64,000 nt of DNA from positions 86,130-150,129 of the forward strand of contig DATNPK010000082.1 in the NCBI GenBank assembly GCA_036703275.1, written 5' to 3'. The notes beneath the pieces are model-generated. The model did no database searches, was not told the origin of the DNA, and was given only the letters and a program-made list of their open reading frames with translations. The DNA comes from Coleofasciculaceae cyanobacterium. GTDB taxonomy: Bacteria; Cyanobacteriota; Cyanobacteriia; Cyanobacteriales; Xenococcaceae. Position numbers and translations under genes: made by a program. Each line of letters opens with the position of its first letter. The first letter of the stretch is position 1. Of the stretch, positions 1 to 9,802 are shown in pieces.

Positions 1-202
1 ATTTGCTATTTTATTAGCAACATTAGCGCACCATCTTTTTTTTGCAGAAATTTTTTGGAGTATTAGATCAATTACAAACTTTAATTCAGCTTAAATACGA
101 TAATACGATTAAAAATAATCAGTTTGGTATTTATTCTAAATGACCGAGAATATCGATCTTAGTAACACCAAGACAGCCCATAGTTCAATGTAGCGCTAGC
201 AA

Positions 203-931
203 TTAGTAAGCTCCATTGTTGCGTGGAAAAAGCATTACACCAATTGTTTTGTAAACAATCCATAAATCTAGTACCCAATTGTGACTGGTAGCATAGTAAA
301 CATCGATTTGTACTCTTTTAGGGTAAGGAATATCGTTTCTACCCGAAACCTGCCATAATCCAGTAATTCCTGGTTTAATTTTGAGCACGGTATTGATTTT
401 GCGACCATATTTTGGTAATTCTTCAGGTACGAGAGGTCTTGGTCCAACTACACTCATTTCTCCTTTCAATACATTCCAAAATTGGGGAAACTCATCGAGG
501 CTGGTTAAACGTAGAAATCGACCAATTTTGGTAATTCTAGGATCTTGCTTCAATTTAAAACTATCCTGAAACTCTTGACGCATTTGGTCTGAGTCTTGCA
601 CGATCGCTTTGAGAACATCATCTGCATTATCGACCATCGTTCTAAATTTTATGCAGTTAAAAGGACGATGATCCTTGCCAATTCTTTGTTGAACATAAAA
701 AATTGGCCCTTGAGAATTAAAGGCAACCAAGATCATTAAAATCAAATATACGGGAGAAAATACAGTCAGAACAAATAAAGCAAAAACTATATCAAATGTA
801 CGTTTAACAAAATTTCCGTTCAAAATATAAAAGGATAATTTCAACCGATTAGGATTGAATATAGATCGAAAACTTTTTCTAACTAATCCCTGTACAACTT
901 TGACGGAAATAAGCTGGCTATTAGCAGTCAT
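203..931 (-). CDS. bacterial sugar transferase (polyprenyl-phosphate hexose-1-phosphate transferase, WbaP/EpsL-like)
   Basis: 242-aa ORF. It has an N-terminal TM helix (FDIVFALFVLTVFSPVYLILMILVAF) followed by the conserved sugar-transferase core (KFRTM, SVVGPRPLVPEE, KPGITGLWQVSGRN). Confidence 0.8.
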   Translation of the reverse strand: MTANSQLISVKVVQGLVRKSFRSIFNPNRLKLSFYILNGNFVKRTFDIVFALFVLTVFSPVYLILMILVAFNSQGPIFYVQQRIGKDHRPFNCIKFRTMVDNADDVLKAIVQDSDQMRQEFQDSFKLKQDPRITKIGRFLRLTSLDEFPQFWNVLKGEMSVVGPRPLVPEELPKYGRKINTVLKIKPGITGLWQVSGRNDIPYPKRVQIDVYYATSHNWVLDLWIVYKTIGVMLFPRNNGAY

Positions 932-1030
932 CTTACTCCTTCACACATCACACCACACTGTTCAATCATAAATCTATAAAGCTCTGATCGATTGATAATT
1001 TTCGCCTCAGGGATAAATATAGACTCTTAA

Positions 1031-2167
1031 TTATTGTTTCCATTTTTGGTAACAATCCTCAACATATTTTAAATATGATTGCTTGAAAATGGTCGGACTA
1101 AATTTATTAGCTTGTAAACGACAATTTTCTGGATCGATTTTAAATTGAAATTGTTCAAAATTTTCCACCGCTTTAATTAAAGCTTCTGGTTGCTGAACAT
1201 CAAAAAACAAACCCGTACCGTCTTTGGGACATTGACGAATATCTTTGACTGTTTCTAAAGCACCTCCCTTGCCATAGGCGATTACTGGTGTACCACAGGC
1301 TTGGGCTTCGACCAAGGCAATACCGAAGTCTTCACAAGCTGCGTATACAAAGGCTTTCGCTTTGGTTATGTATTGTTTAACTATATGATGCGGTTGCCAA
1401 CCTAAAACCTGAACATGAGGCTCTGCTAGCTGACGTATTTCTTTTAATTGTGAGCCTGCTCCAATAATTACCAAAGGTTTTTTTAGTTGATTAAATGCTT
1501 TAACAATTAAGCATATTTGTTTATAACTTACTAATCGAGAAATTGTCAGATAGAAATCTTCTTTCTCGGGCTGAAAATCAAATTGTTTGAGATCGACTGG
1601 AGGATAGATTACTTTGGCTGGGCGACGATAGCAACGCCAAATACGCTTGGCTGTATGTTGGGAATTAGCAATAAAATAGTCAACTCGGTTAGCCGAAATA
1701 ACGTCCCATTGCCGCAGACGATGCAGGATATATCGGGCAATAATTCCCTGAATTCCTCTGCCTTGGCGATCGCTTTTTAAATAATCAAAGGTCAAATCCC
1801 AAGCATACCGCATTGGAGTATGACAATAACAAATATGTAGTTGATGAGGATTGGTTAAAACTCCTTTGGCTACGGCATGAGAGGAAGACAAAATTATATC
1901 GTAATGATTAAGATCTAATTGTTCGATCGCCAGAGGCAAAAAAGGCAAATATTTTTGTACGCCATTACGAGCTAGGGGAAACTTTTGGAGAAACGTGGTT
2001 TTGATCTTCCTTTGATAAAGATAGCTTTCGGGGTTGACCGATTCAAAATCGATCAAGGCGTAGAGATCGACATCAATATGTTGCAAGATCTCTTTAACCA
2101 CTAATTCTGAACCCCCTGTCGCTTTAGGAGTTAACCATTCATGCACGAAAGCATATTTTAAATCCAC
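1031..2167 (-). CDS. glycosyltransferase, GT-B fold (family 4-like)
   Basis: 378-aa ORF. Its C-terminal part carries the GT1/GT4-type E-x7-E region (EDFGIALVEAQACGTPVIAYGKGGALE). It lies next to other envelope glycan genes. Confidence 0.8.
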   Translation of the reverse strand: MDLKYAFVHEWLTPKATGGSELVVKEILQHIDVDLYALIDFESVNPESYLYQRKIKTTFLQKFPLARNGVQKYLPFLPLAIEQLDLNHYDIILSSSHAVAKGVLTNPHQLHICYCHTPMRYAWDLTFDYLKSDRQGRGIQGIIARYILHRLRQWDVISANRVDYFIANSQHTAKRIWRCYRRPAKVIYPPVDLKQFDFQPEKEDFYLTISRLVSYKQICLIVKAFNQLKKPLVIIGAGSQLKEIRQLAEPHVQVLGWQPHHIVKQYITKAKAFVYAACEDFGIALVEAQACGTPVIAYGKGGALETVKDIRQCPKDGTGLFFDVQQPEALIKAVENFEQFQFKIDPENCRLQANKFSPTIFKQSYLKYVEDCYQKWKQ

Positions 2168-2284
2168 AGCTACCTAATAGATTTGTCGTGATTTCAAATA
2201 ATGACCATATTACACACTAAATGGCATTATTTACGGAATTACCTCGTTGGCGTAAAAAAGACTATATTAATCGTTGGTCACTGG

Positions 2285-3901
2285 CTAGTTTGGCAAAGCG
2301 GTATCGGCTTGCGTAATTAGCTGCCACGCTAGATTAGCTAAATTATTGCCTACCTTTTGATGAGGTTTGAGATTAAGTCTGTCAATAGCAGCGTCATCGA
2401 CTAAAAGATAAATAGCTTCATCTTGTTGCCAATATTGTTTGAGCTGTTCATCTGGGACAGGAATCACAACGCGATCGCTATAAAATTCTAAGGAAGGACG
2501 CAAATTATGATAAGCGGTATAAATATTTTGTTGAGGCGGAGTATACTGCTTGAGCATCTGAGCCAGGGGTTTAACTGGAAAAGCTTCATTTAACTCCCAT
2601 AGCCAGTGATTAGAGTTGAATAACAATAGTAAAGCCAGATAAAAGCCAGTAATAATTACCGAAATAAAATGGCGATCGCCTAACCACACCATTGCCGATG
2701 CTAAAGTAAAACAAACTGTCACCACAATTAAAATTAAACTTAAATCGGTTTCTGGTGCTGTATTTACCCAGCCATAGTAAGCACTTCCTATCCCGCAAGC
2801 GATCGCCACTAGGCTTAAAGACACTTTTTGGAAGTAGTCAGCCTGGTTTTTTGACCAAGCCTTGCTCAAGCTAGCCCCAATCAGCAAAGATAACCCAGGA
2901 TAGATAGGAATCACGTACCAGGGCAATTTAGTTGCCATTAGAGAAATAGCCAGGAGATAGATACTTGTCCAAACTAAGGTTAACTTGCCCCAACTAACGT
3001 AACGATTTTGCCATGCTAATTTAAACCCATAAGGCAGAAATATGAGCCAAGGAAGGCTATATTTAGCAATTTCCATTAAATAATACCAAGGTGGGCTAGA
3101 AACGTTACTTACAGGCTCCCAGATGCGATTGAATGTCTGTGTACCTAAGCTAGTCCCTAAAAATTCTGCACCGTATTGTAAATACTGTAGCCCATACCAG
3201 GCGAGCGCTGGAATGACCCCGAAAATAAAACCACTCCAGAGATATAAGCTTTGTAATAACTTGGGGCTATCCCAAGCAACAAAAATGAGGCTAATCGCCC
3301 CTAGCAACACTCCCATCATGATGCCCTTGGTCAAACACACCAAACCAATAGCCAAGCCAGCTCCTAGCAGCCAGGGTCGATGTTTACGTCCTCGCAATAG
3401 ACACCACACCGCTAAACAAAACCAACAGGCGATCGCGCCATCGAGCATCGCTATGCGACTATGACGAGCTACTGGTAACAAAGTCAAATAAACTAAAGCC
3501 GAAAAAACGGCGGTTGAGCAAGAGGGGAAAATTTCTCTACCAATGAGATATAGCAAGGGAACAGCCAAAGCTGACAAGGTAGCGGGAACTACTCGCGTAC
3601 TCCACTCACTGATTCCAAACAGCCGATAAGCAAGAGCGATTAGCCAGTGAATTAGTGGCGGCTTATTCCAATAAGGATCGCCAAAGTTAATTGTGGGATA
3701 TAGCCAAGTATGACTACCAGGTGAACCACGCCAAATATTACGCGCCACTCCCGCCACAATACCTTCATCCCAGTCTCTAAGGGGCAGATTTGCGATACCA
3801 GAGGTATAAAGAACCACCGCAGCAACCAACAAGCCAAAAACAAATAGGCGCTCGCTATTTAATAGCTTGCTAATGTCTCCCCATCTCCCCATCAGTTCCA
3901 A
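2285..3901 (-). CDS. ArnT/PMT-like (GT39-type) membrane glycosyltransferase
   Basis: 538-aa ORF with more than 10 predicted TM helices. The N-terminal loop motif (RDWDEGIVAGVARNI ... NKPPLIHWLIA) is typical of dolichyl/undecaprenyl-phosphate-sugar dependent transferases. Confidence 0.7.
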   Translation of the reverse strand: MELMGRWGDISKLLNSERLFVFGLLVAAVVLYTSGIANLPLRDWDEGIVAGVARNIWRGSPGSHTWLYPTINFGDPYWNKPPLIHWLIALAYRLFGISEWSTRVVPATLSALAVPLLYLIGREIFPSCSTAVFSALVYLTLLPVARHSRIAMLDGAIACWFCLAVWCLLRGRKHRPWLLGAGLAIGLVCLTKGIMMGVLLGAISLIFVAWDSPKLLQSLYLWSGFIFGVIPALAWYGLQYLQYGAEFLGTSLGTQTFNRIWEPVSNVSSPPWYYLMEIAKYSLPWLIFLPYGFKLAWQNRYVSWGKLTLVWTSIYLLAISLMATKLPWYVIPIYPGLSLLIGASLSKAWSKNQADYFQKVSLSLVAIACGIGSAYYGWVNTAPETDLSLILIVVTVCFTLASAMVWLGDRHFISVIITGFYLALLLLFNSNHWLWELNEAFPVKPLAQMLKQYTPPQQNIYTAYHNLRPSLEFYSDRVVIPVPDEQLKQYWQQDEAIYLLVDDAAIDRLNLKPHQKVGNNLANLAWQLITQADTALPN

Positions 3902-3932
3902 CCGATAATTTTAGTGTTTACTAGTTTATTTA

Positions 3933-4310
3933 TTATTCAGGGTAGCCACTCACTGCATCAGAATAATCACTACCCGCGTCTTGATCGTTATCTCTTTTTG
4001 AACCTAATAGTTCCAGGCGATCGACTTTGATTGTAGGACGAGAACGCTGTCCTCCAGTGTTTCTATCTGTCCAAGTTTCAATTTTTAATGAGCCTTGAAT
4101 ACCAATTAATTTACCTTTTTGGACGTAATTCCCCGCTACTTCGGCAGTTTTACCCCACATTTCTAAATTAAACCAGTCTGGCTGATCGCTATTACGGCTG
4201 CGACGATTTACCGCTAAAGGCAATTTACACAAAACTGAACCAGAGTCAAAGTATTTTACTTCTGGGGCAGCACCAGCACGACCGACTAAATTGACAACAT
4301 TAAGAGTCAT
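3933..4310 (-). CDS. ssb: single-stranded DNA-binding protein
   Basis: 125-aa ORF with an OB-fold SSB pattern (NVVNLVGRAGAAPEVKYF ... WFNLEMWGKTAEVAGNYVQKGKLIGIQGSLKIETW) and an acidic C-terminal tail. Confidence 0.85.
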   Translation of the reverse strand: MTLNVVNLVGRAGAAPEVKYFDSGSVLCKLPLAVNRRSRNSDQPDWFNLEMWGKTAEVAGNYVQKGKLIGIQGSLKIETWTDRNTGGQRSRPTIKVDRLELLGSKRDNDQDAGSDYSDAVSGYPE

Positions 4311-4536
4311 GAGCTTATATTTATAGTACTAAGGAACTAGATAACAATTTTTTAGTCTAGCAAATTATAACCAAACGATATCTAAACTAAATGAAGTCAT
4401 TAGATCTAGGCTTCCGATTACTTAGCCAGCAGACCAGGTTTTTGAAATAAAGAGCTGATTTTCAACCTATGCAGTTAGGCAAATACCAATAAAATTATTG
4501 TGGGATTTTTTTCTTAAGTTACGAGATCGAAGGGTA

Positions 4537-4683
4537 ATGAAGCTGTTTCATGTCAGCGAGGAAGAGAATATAATAGAGTTCGTTCCCAGATATTCGGCTC
4601 ATACTGAAAAACCTGTAATTTGGGCGATCGCCGAATCCAAATTAGCTTATTACCTATTTCCCAGAGATTGTCCGCGAGGATGA
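4537..4683 (+). pseudogene. truncated N-terminal remnant of a conserved hypothetical protein (possibly DUF6886-like)
   Basis: From ATG 4537 the ORF reads MKLFHVSEEENIIEFVPR...LFPRDCPRG. This resembles only the first third of a family of about 170 aa, from memory. The ORF stops 54 nt before the convergent proS stop. Confidence 0.25.
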
Positions 4684-4737
4684 AAAATGCCCAACCTCGA
4701 CCAAAATCAATATTGTGACGATTCGCCCCTACCTTAA

Positions 4738-6540
4738 CTATATATTTTCCTCAATCCATTGTTTCACGGTTGCCACAACTTCTCCCATTGGTAGATCTTG
4801 AGATTCTTTAGTAGCTCGTTTGACCACTTCCACTTTTCCTTCAGCCAGCGATCGCCCCGTAACCACGCGATAGGGTATGCCAACTAGTTCGCTATCTTTA
4901 AATTTGACTCCTGCTCTTTCTTTACGATCATCAAGCAAGACTTCTACTCCAGCCTGTTTAAATTCTTCGTAGAGTTTTTCCCCCGCCGCCATTTTTTCGG
5001 TATCAGAGATATTCGGAACAATTACTACTACATGATAGGGCGCGATCGCCACAGGCCAAATAATACCATTTTTATCATGGGATTGTTCTACTGCTGCCTG
5101 AGCTAACCGTGAGACACCGATACCATAGCAACCCATCAATAAAGGTTCGGTTTTACCCTGTTCGTTAGTAAAGTTTGCCCCCATCGCCTCAGAGTATTTT
5201 GTCCCTAATTGGAAGATATGCCCTGCTTCAATACCCCGCGCACTCACTAAAATTTGACTAGGATCGTGAATAGCGCGATCGCCAGCTTTAGCTTCTTGGA
5301 TATCTACCTTAAGTTCAGGTAGAGTGAAGTTATCACCCCAGTTTGCCCCGACAACATGATAGCCGACTTCATTTGCCCCAGTCACAAAGTTTTTGAGATC
5401 GACAACGGTTTGATCGATTAAACGCAGGAATCTGTTGGCGACGTTTTTTGAGACGTTGATATAGTTATTATTTAGATCGGGTGCAATATAGCCCAGGGGT
5501 AAAGATTTAGCGGCCCATTTCTGCTGCGCGCTGGCATCAGGTACAGTTAAAGAGATAATTGTTTTGGCTTTATACTGAGGTGCAAGTTTAGTAAGTTCGT
5601 TAGTCAGCTTAACTTCATTAATATCGCGATCGCCACGAATATTAATCAAAACTAAAACAATCATCCCGTTATCGTAAACGACTTCGTATAGAACATTTTT
5701 GACAATTATCGTCGGGGAACAGTTGAGTGTTTCGGCTAAAAGAGCGATAGTTTGTGTATTGGGGGTAGCTAACTTTTCATAGCTGCGAAAAGGCGATTTC
5801 TCCACATCTGGAGGCAAAGATACTGCTTTTTCGGTGTTGGCTGCATACTTACCATCTTCGGTATAAAGAATCTCATCTTCTCCAGCTTCTGCGAGGATCA
5901 TAAATTCCTGAGACCCAGAACCACCGATTGCGCCAGAATCCGCATCCACAGGGCGAAATTCTAGACCGCAGCGAGTCATAATATTACGATAAGCCCGATC
6001 CATCGCTTGATAAGTCTGTTTTAAACTTGCTTCATCAACATGAAAAGAATAAGCATCCTTCATAATAAATTCTCTACCCCGCATCAAACCAAAACGAGGG
6101 CGGATCTCATCACGGAACTTGGTTTGAATCTGATATAAATTTAAAGGTAGCTGACGATAAGAACGAATTGTTTCACGGGCAATGGTAGTAATTACCTCTT
6201 CATGAGTTGGTCCTAAACCTAATTCTCTGTCTGCGCGATCGCTTAAAGAAAACATAATTCCCTCTGCTTTGGTATAGGTATCCCAACGCCCTGATTCTTG
6301 CCATAATTGCGCAGGCTGCAATTGAGGTAACAAACACTCCTGCGCCCCTGTTGCATCCATCTCTTCCCGCACAATCTGAGAAACCTTTTGCAATACTCGC
6401 CACATCAAAGGCATATAAGCATAGATACCGCTACCAATACGACGTATATAGCCTGCGCGGAGTAATAACTGATGGCTTGGTATTTCTGCCTCGGCTGGTG
6501 TTTCTCGCAGTGTCACAAACAACATCTCGTTTAGTCGCAT
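4738..6540 (-). CDS. proS: proline--tRNA ligase (bacterial type with editing insertion)
   Basis: 600-aa ORF with the canonical ProRS N-terminus ([25 protein letters not shown]), class II motifs ([27 protein letters not shown]) and a C-terminal anticodon-binding domain. Confidence 0.95.
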   Translation of the reverse strand: MRLNEMLFVTLRETPAEAEIPSHQLLLRAGYIRRIGSGIYAYMPLMWRVLQKVSQIVREEMDATGAQECLLPQLQPAQLWQESGRWDTYTKAEGIMFSLSDRADRELGLGPTHEEVITTIARETIRSYRQLPLNLYQIQTKFRDEIRPRFGLMRGREFIMKDAYSFHVDEASLKQTYQAMDRAYRNIMTRCGLEFRPVDADSGAIGGSGSQEFMILAEAGEDEILYTEDGKYAANTEKAVSLPPDVEKSPFRSYEKLATPNTQTIALLAETLNCSPTIIVKNVLYEVVYDNGMIVLVLINIRGDRDINEVKLTNELTKLAPQYKAKTIISLTVPDASAQQKWAAKSLPLGYIAPDLNNNYINVSKNVANRFLRLIDQTVVDLKNFVTGANEVGYHVVGANWGDNFTLPELKVDIQEAKAGDRAIHDPSQILVSARGIEAGHIFQLGTKYSEAMGANFTNEQGKTEPLLMGCYGIGVSRLAQAAVEQSHDKNGIIWPVAIAPYHVVVIVPNISDTEKMAAGEKLYEEFKQAGVEVLLDDRKERAGVKFKDSELVGIPYRVVTGRSLAEGKVEVVKRATKESQDLPMGEVVATVKQWIEENI

Positions 6541-6702
6541 GGTTAATTCCTTCGGTAAGCTTGCAGACTTCTTATTTTATCAGTCATCAGAATAGCTAAA
6601 CGATATTATTGAATTAATAACTCAACCAGCAAACAGCGTTCATTGCCGAAGAATATCTTTATGTACTCCGAGTACATTTGGCGTACATAAGAACTGAAAG
6701 TA

Positions 6703-6787
6703 CGGAGAGGGTGGGATTCGAACCCACGTTTCCTTTCGGAAAACTCGATTTCAAGTCGAGCGCGTTCGACCACTCTGCCACCTCTCC
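6703..6787 (-). tRNA. tRNA-Ser (anticodon UGA)
   Basis: The reverse complement folds by hand into a cloverleaf. Acceptor is GGAGAGG/CCTCTCC. The anticodon arm is CTCGA-CTTGAAA-TCGAG. There is a long variable arm (TTTCC-GAAA-GGAAA). The T arm is GTGGG-TTCGAAT-CCCAC. Confidence 0.9.
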
Positions 6788-7154
6788 TAGAATGGCTTAC
6801 CTATAATAACAGAGAATGTGGGTGACTCGTTGAGTCTAAATGTACTATTTTGTTTAAGGAAGACTAAATGTTAGATAACAACAAGTCATTAGAACTTACC
6901 AATTTTCAGACTCGAAGCCAAAATTGATCGCAACCATATTATTCCTCGCCAAGTGTAGTGAACTTAAGGTGAGTTAGTTCAAAGCAAATTTAACAAGTCT
7001 GAATAAATTTGTGCAGAGCTTAACATAGATGTCACAAATAACTGACAATTTTAACTATTAACTAAAAAGGGTCTAGCACTGCTAGACGCTTGGAAAAAGC
7101 AAATTTAAACTACAGTCTTGTAATAATTTTTAGTTGTTTGAAACAAATTGTTGA

Positions 7155-7313
7155 TTAGAGATGCAAATATTTAGCTTCTGCTTCTAGCTGTTTAACTAAC
7201 TTATTGTTTCCATTAGCTCTGGCAGCTTCTAGGCGAACGTTCAAACTTCTTCGCATACTTTCGCGGTGGCTGAGATGAGCATTTTTCAGGACTTCTTGAC
7301 GTCGATTGTTCAT
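7155..7313 (-). CDS. small 52-aa protein, PirA-like (PII-interacting regulator of arginine synthesis) candidate
   Basis: This ORF falls below the 60-aa cut-off of the supplied track. It reads MNNRRQEVLKNAHLSHRESMRRSLNVRLEAARANGNNKLVKQLEAEAKYLHL. Its size, basic N-terminus and xQLEAEA.YL C-terminus match my recollection of cyanobacterial PirA-type proteins. Confidence 0.4.
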   Translation of the reverse strand: MNNRRQEVLKNAHLSHRESMRRSLNVRLEAARANGNNKLVKQLEAEAKYLHL

Positions 7314-7472
7314 GGTGGACTTTTTATTTTATAAAATAGGCTATATGGGTTGAATATATAAGCTAGCATTTTCACTCTAAGAAGAACTACTTATCTTTCA
7401 AAACTTAATAAAATTAATCTATTTTGTAGTTAATCATCTTTAATTTGCTTTTGTGACAGACAGCTTTCCCGA

Positions 7473-8330
7473 TTATCTAATGGTTTCTGCTTTCCCCAAC
7501 GGAGAAAAGCGGATTTCAATTCTTCTACGGTTAGCATCAGGATTGCGACTGGATGTGGCAAATTCTCCAGACGGAAGCTGTAGCTGTGCAGCGGAATAGG
7601 GACGGAATTGTACACCTTCTAGTCGACCTGTTTGCTGTTGCACTGTCTGTAATTCCTTGACCACCTCCAGCGCACGCATCAATCCCAAGTCAGCATTTGA
7701 ACCAGCCTTAAGGTTGTCTACAGGCTGCTTTCCCTGCGCCACTTCTTCTAGCTGCTGGTCTAAATTTCCGTTACCAAAGTTTATCTGACCATCAGTATGT
7801 CCAATAATTTCAACTACATACAGGTTGCGCTGTTGACTAACACGTTCGATGCGATCTACCAAATCCATCGTAATGTAACTTTTCAGCTCTGTTGGTAGAT
7901 TTGCGCTACCAGAATCGAACTGATATCCACCTGAATCTTGAATTACTACTACAGGAGGTGCAGATTTTAAGCGTTTTATTTCTGACTGGAGAATGTTTAT
8001 ACGACCACGACTTTGTTCGTTGCTACTAAGCAATAGTCTTTCTAAATCTGAAGAAGTTTTTTTTAGTTGGCGTACATTAGAAGTACTCTCTCCTAACTCA
8101 TTTTCTAAGGTAGCTATTTCTCGTTGCAATAAACGCACCTGTCTTGAGGTATCGCTCAAGTTTTGCTCGGTTTCCTCAGCAGCATATTTGAGAAATAGTG
8201 ATTTAAATAAAGCTAATAAAAGAAACAAGCTGATAATCATAAAAGCATTAGCCATCAAGTCGGTAAAAGACGGCCAGACATTTAAGCTTTCTGTAGCTTC
8301 ATAACTGCGTAACTTGCGTTTTTTTGTCAT
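7473..8330 (-). CDS. MotB/OmpA-like protein (TM plug helix with conserved Asp, coiled coil, OmpA-type peptidoglycan-binding domain)
   Basis: 285-aa ORF. It has an N-terminal MotB-like segment WPSFTDLMANAFMIISLFLLL. Heptad-rich residues 60-120 follow. The C-terminal OmpA-like region reads VVEIIGHTDGQ ... NADLGLMRALEV ... NRRRIEIRF. Confidence 0.7.
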   Translation of the reverse strand: MTKKRKLRSYEATESLNVWPSFTDLMANAFMIISLFLLLALFKSLFLKYAAEETEQNLSDTSRQVRLLQREIATLENELGESTSNVRQLKKTSSDLERLLLSSNEQSRGRINILQSEIKRLKSAPPVVVIQDSGGYQFDSGSANLPTELKSYITMDLVDRIERVSQQRNLYVVEIIGHTDGQINFGNGNLDQQLEEVAQGKQPVDNLKAGSNADLGLMRALEVVKELQTVQQQTGRLEGVQFRPYSAAQLQLPSGEFATSSRNPDANRRRIEIRFSPLGKAETIR

Positions 8331-8360
8331 GTCAATTAACGATTTTCAAGATGATTAATT

Positions 8361-9461
8361 TTAGGCTTTGGGGATTTGATTGACTAGTTTTGATAACTCT
8401 TGCTGAATTTCTTTCAATCCCGATCGCTCGATGAGATTTTTCTCTTGATTGAGATTGACTAAGCTAGTATATTGCTGGTTAATATTATTTACTTTTTGAT
8501 TTAATTCGAGGAATTTTCTCGTAAGTTTTTGCATGGAGTCTAAATTGTGTTCAAAAGACTGAGTAGACTTTTGTAAAACTAGAGAAGATTGAGAAAATTG
8601 ATTTTGTGCGATCGCTAAATCATTGGTTGCAGAGGTTAGCTTTTCGGGAAAACGACTATTATCTAAAACGTGAGCAGCCTGTTCAAAAGTTTCGGCACTA
8701 TTTTGGATTCTCACAAAAGCTTTGGTCATAGATGCTTCAATGGTGTTGCCCAATTTATGTACCATGCTATCAAAGTCGCAACCAAACTGTCTAATAGCTT
8801 CTTCTAAGGAACTAATCGGCTGTATTTTGGGTAAATAAATGTTGTCGATATAGTCTTCAATAGAGCTAAGTAAACTTGCTTTAACTATATTAGTATTCCA
8901 CAACATATTTAAGACTGTTAGTAAAGAACTACAGGCGATCGCAATTAAGCTAGTTGTAAAAGCAACACCCATTCCTTGTAATGGACGGTTCAATTCTTCA
9001 ACCAAGTTTCTAACATCATTAATGTCAATTTGGGTAATTGTTTGACTTAAACTTGCTAGATTAAAAGTAATACCTAAAAATGTTCCCAATAAACCAAAAG
9101 AAAGCAGTAAATTAGGTAAAATGCGGCAGAGATGATCGATAAAATCGCATCCTAAGCCAAGTCCTAAGAAATAGAACTTTTCCTGGTTATACACTCCCTC
9201 AATTACTGAAGTAGTATTGAGTTGATCCCGATTTAGATTGCGATCGACAAACCTTTGTTCTAGTTTGGCGATCATTCTTGGCGTAGATTCTAGCATGACT
9301 CCGCTCAATAATCTTCTCGTTTTTTCGGTCAAATATTTTAAATGTCGATATAAACAATAACGTAATAAGATAGCGAAGATTGTCGGCAAAATTACCAGAA
9401 GAATTGCTAAAGCGACCAAATAGCCAGGAATTAAGCTAAAAATACTCAGTATTTGTTGCAT
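8361..9461 (-). CDS. MotA/TolQ/ExbB-like proton-channel protein with long C-terminal coiled-coil tail
   Basis: 366-aa ORF. Its TM helices carry the MotA_ExbB-type core (LLLSFGLLGTFLGITFNL ... GMGVAFTTSLIAIACSSLLTV). About 170 Q/N/L-rich, predicted helical residues follow. Its stop is 30 nt upstream of the MotB-like gene. Confidence 0.65.
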   Translation of the reverse strand: MQQILSIFSLIPGYLVALAILLVILPTIFAILLRYCLYRHLKYLTEKTRRLLSGVMLESTPRMIAKLEQRFVDRNLNRDQLNTTSVIEGVYNQEKFYFLGLGLGCDFIDHLCRILPNLLLSFGLLGTFLGITFNLASLSQTITQIDINDVRNLVEELNRPLQGMGVAFTTSLIAIACSSLLTVLNMLWNTNIVKASLLSSIEDYIDNIYLPKIQPISSLEEAIRQFGCDFDSMVHKLGNTIEASMTKAFVRIQNSAETFEQAAHVLDNSRFPEKLTSATNDLAIAQNQFSQSSLVLQKSTQSFEHNLDSMQKLTRKFLELNQKVNNINQQYTSLVNLNQEKNLIERSGLKEIQQELSKLVNQIPKA

Positions 9462-9604
9462 AGTTTTAAACAGTGTTGGGTTGCCTATAATATTAAAGCC
9501 AGGATGGCTAAGTTTTTGAGAGGCTTCGATTCTGACATTAATCGGCTCAAATTAGGTAATATAGCAAGCGAACTATAGTTTAGGACATCGTACAACGCGC
9601 TCTT

Positions 9605-9680
9605 CTCAATGGGGGAAACCCCTGCAATATGCCCTAAAGGACTAGCTTCGCGTCACACTAGCTTCGCGTCGTCCTTTAGG
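9605..9680. repeat. GC-rich palindromic dispersed repeat (family copy 1)
   Basis: It contains GGGGAAACCCC. It also contains CCTAAAGGAC-TAGCTTCGCGTC-acac-TAGCTTCGCGTC-GTCCTTTAGG. The modules GCTTCGCGTC and CCTAAAGGAC recur at 27031-27125 and 41583-41662. Confidence 0.6.
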
Positions 9681-9802
9681 ACGGACTGTCTCACTTTTAG
9701 CTTTGCAGATTAAATTGGTGTGTTCTACTCAACCCAAAAGCGCAGTAAGTTATGAGCAATTAGCTGCTTGTCTAATTATGTTTATGTAGCTTTTTGAACA
9801 GT

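Noticed and set aside
381-3843. Track ORFs 381-569(+), 1583-1780(+), 2610-2798(-), 3123-3464(+), 3652-3843(-)
   Set aside because: All are nested inside, and mostly antisense to, much longer ORFs with clear family motifs (sugar transferase, GT4, ArnT-like). Their low-complexity translations show no motifs.
6200-6599. Track ORFs 6200-6403(-) and 6351-6599(+) within or over proS
   Set aside because: They are alternative-frame or antisense ORFs inside a 600-aa, clearly conserved ProRS gene.
6661-6677. Palindrome ATGTACTC-C-GAGTACAT downstream of tRNA-Ser as a terminator
   Set aside because: The 8-bp stem has no U-run on the relevant strand. This is insufficient evidence.
7377-7390. NtcA-type binding site upstream of the PirA-like ORF
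   Set aside because: The sequence is GTA-N8-TAG rather than GTA-N8-TAC. Its spacing to the best -10-like hexamer (about 16 nt) is shorter than the roughly 22 nt of canonical NtcA-activated promoters. This is too weak to annotate.
7430-8304. Track ORFs 7430-7615(-) and 7993-8304(+)
   Set aside because: Both overlap the MotB/OmpA-like gene in another frame or on the other strand. Neither has supporting motifs.
7473-9461. Calling the MotA/MotB-like pair a Zorya (ZorAB) defence system
   Set aside because: No ZorC/ZorD-like or other effector genes are adjacent. The neighbours are housekeeping genes. The MotA-like tail (about 170 aa) is far shorter than I recall for ZorA. It is kept only as an open question in the findings.
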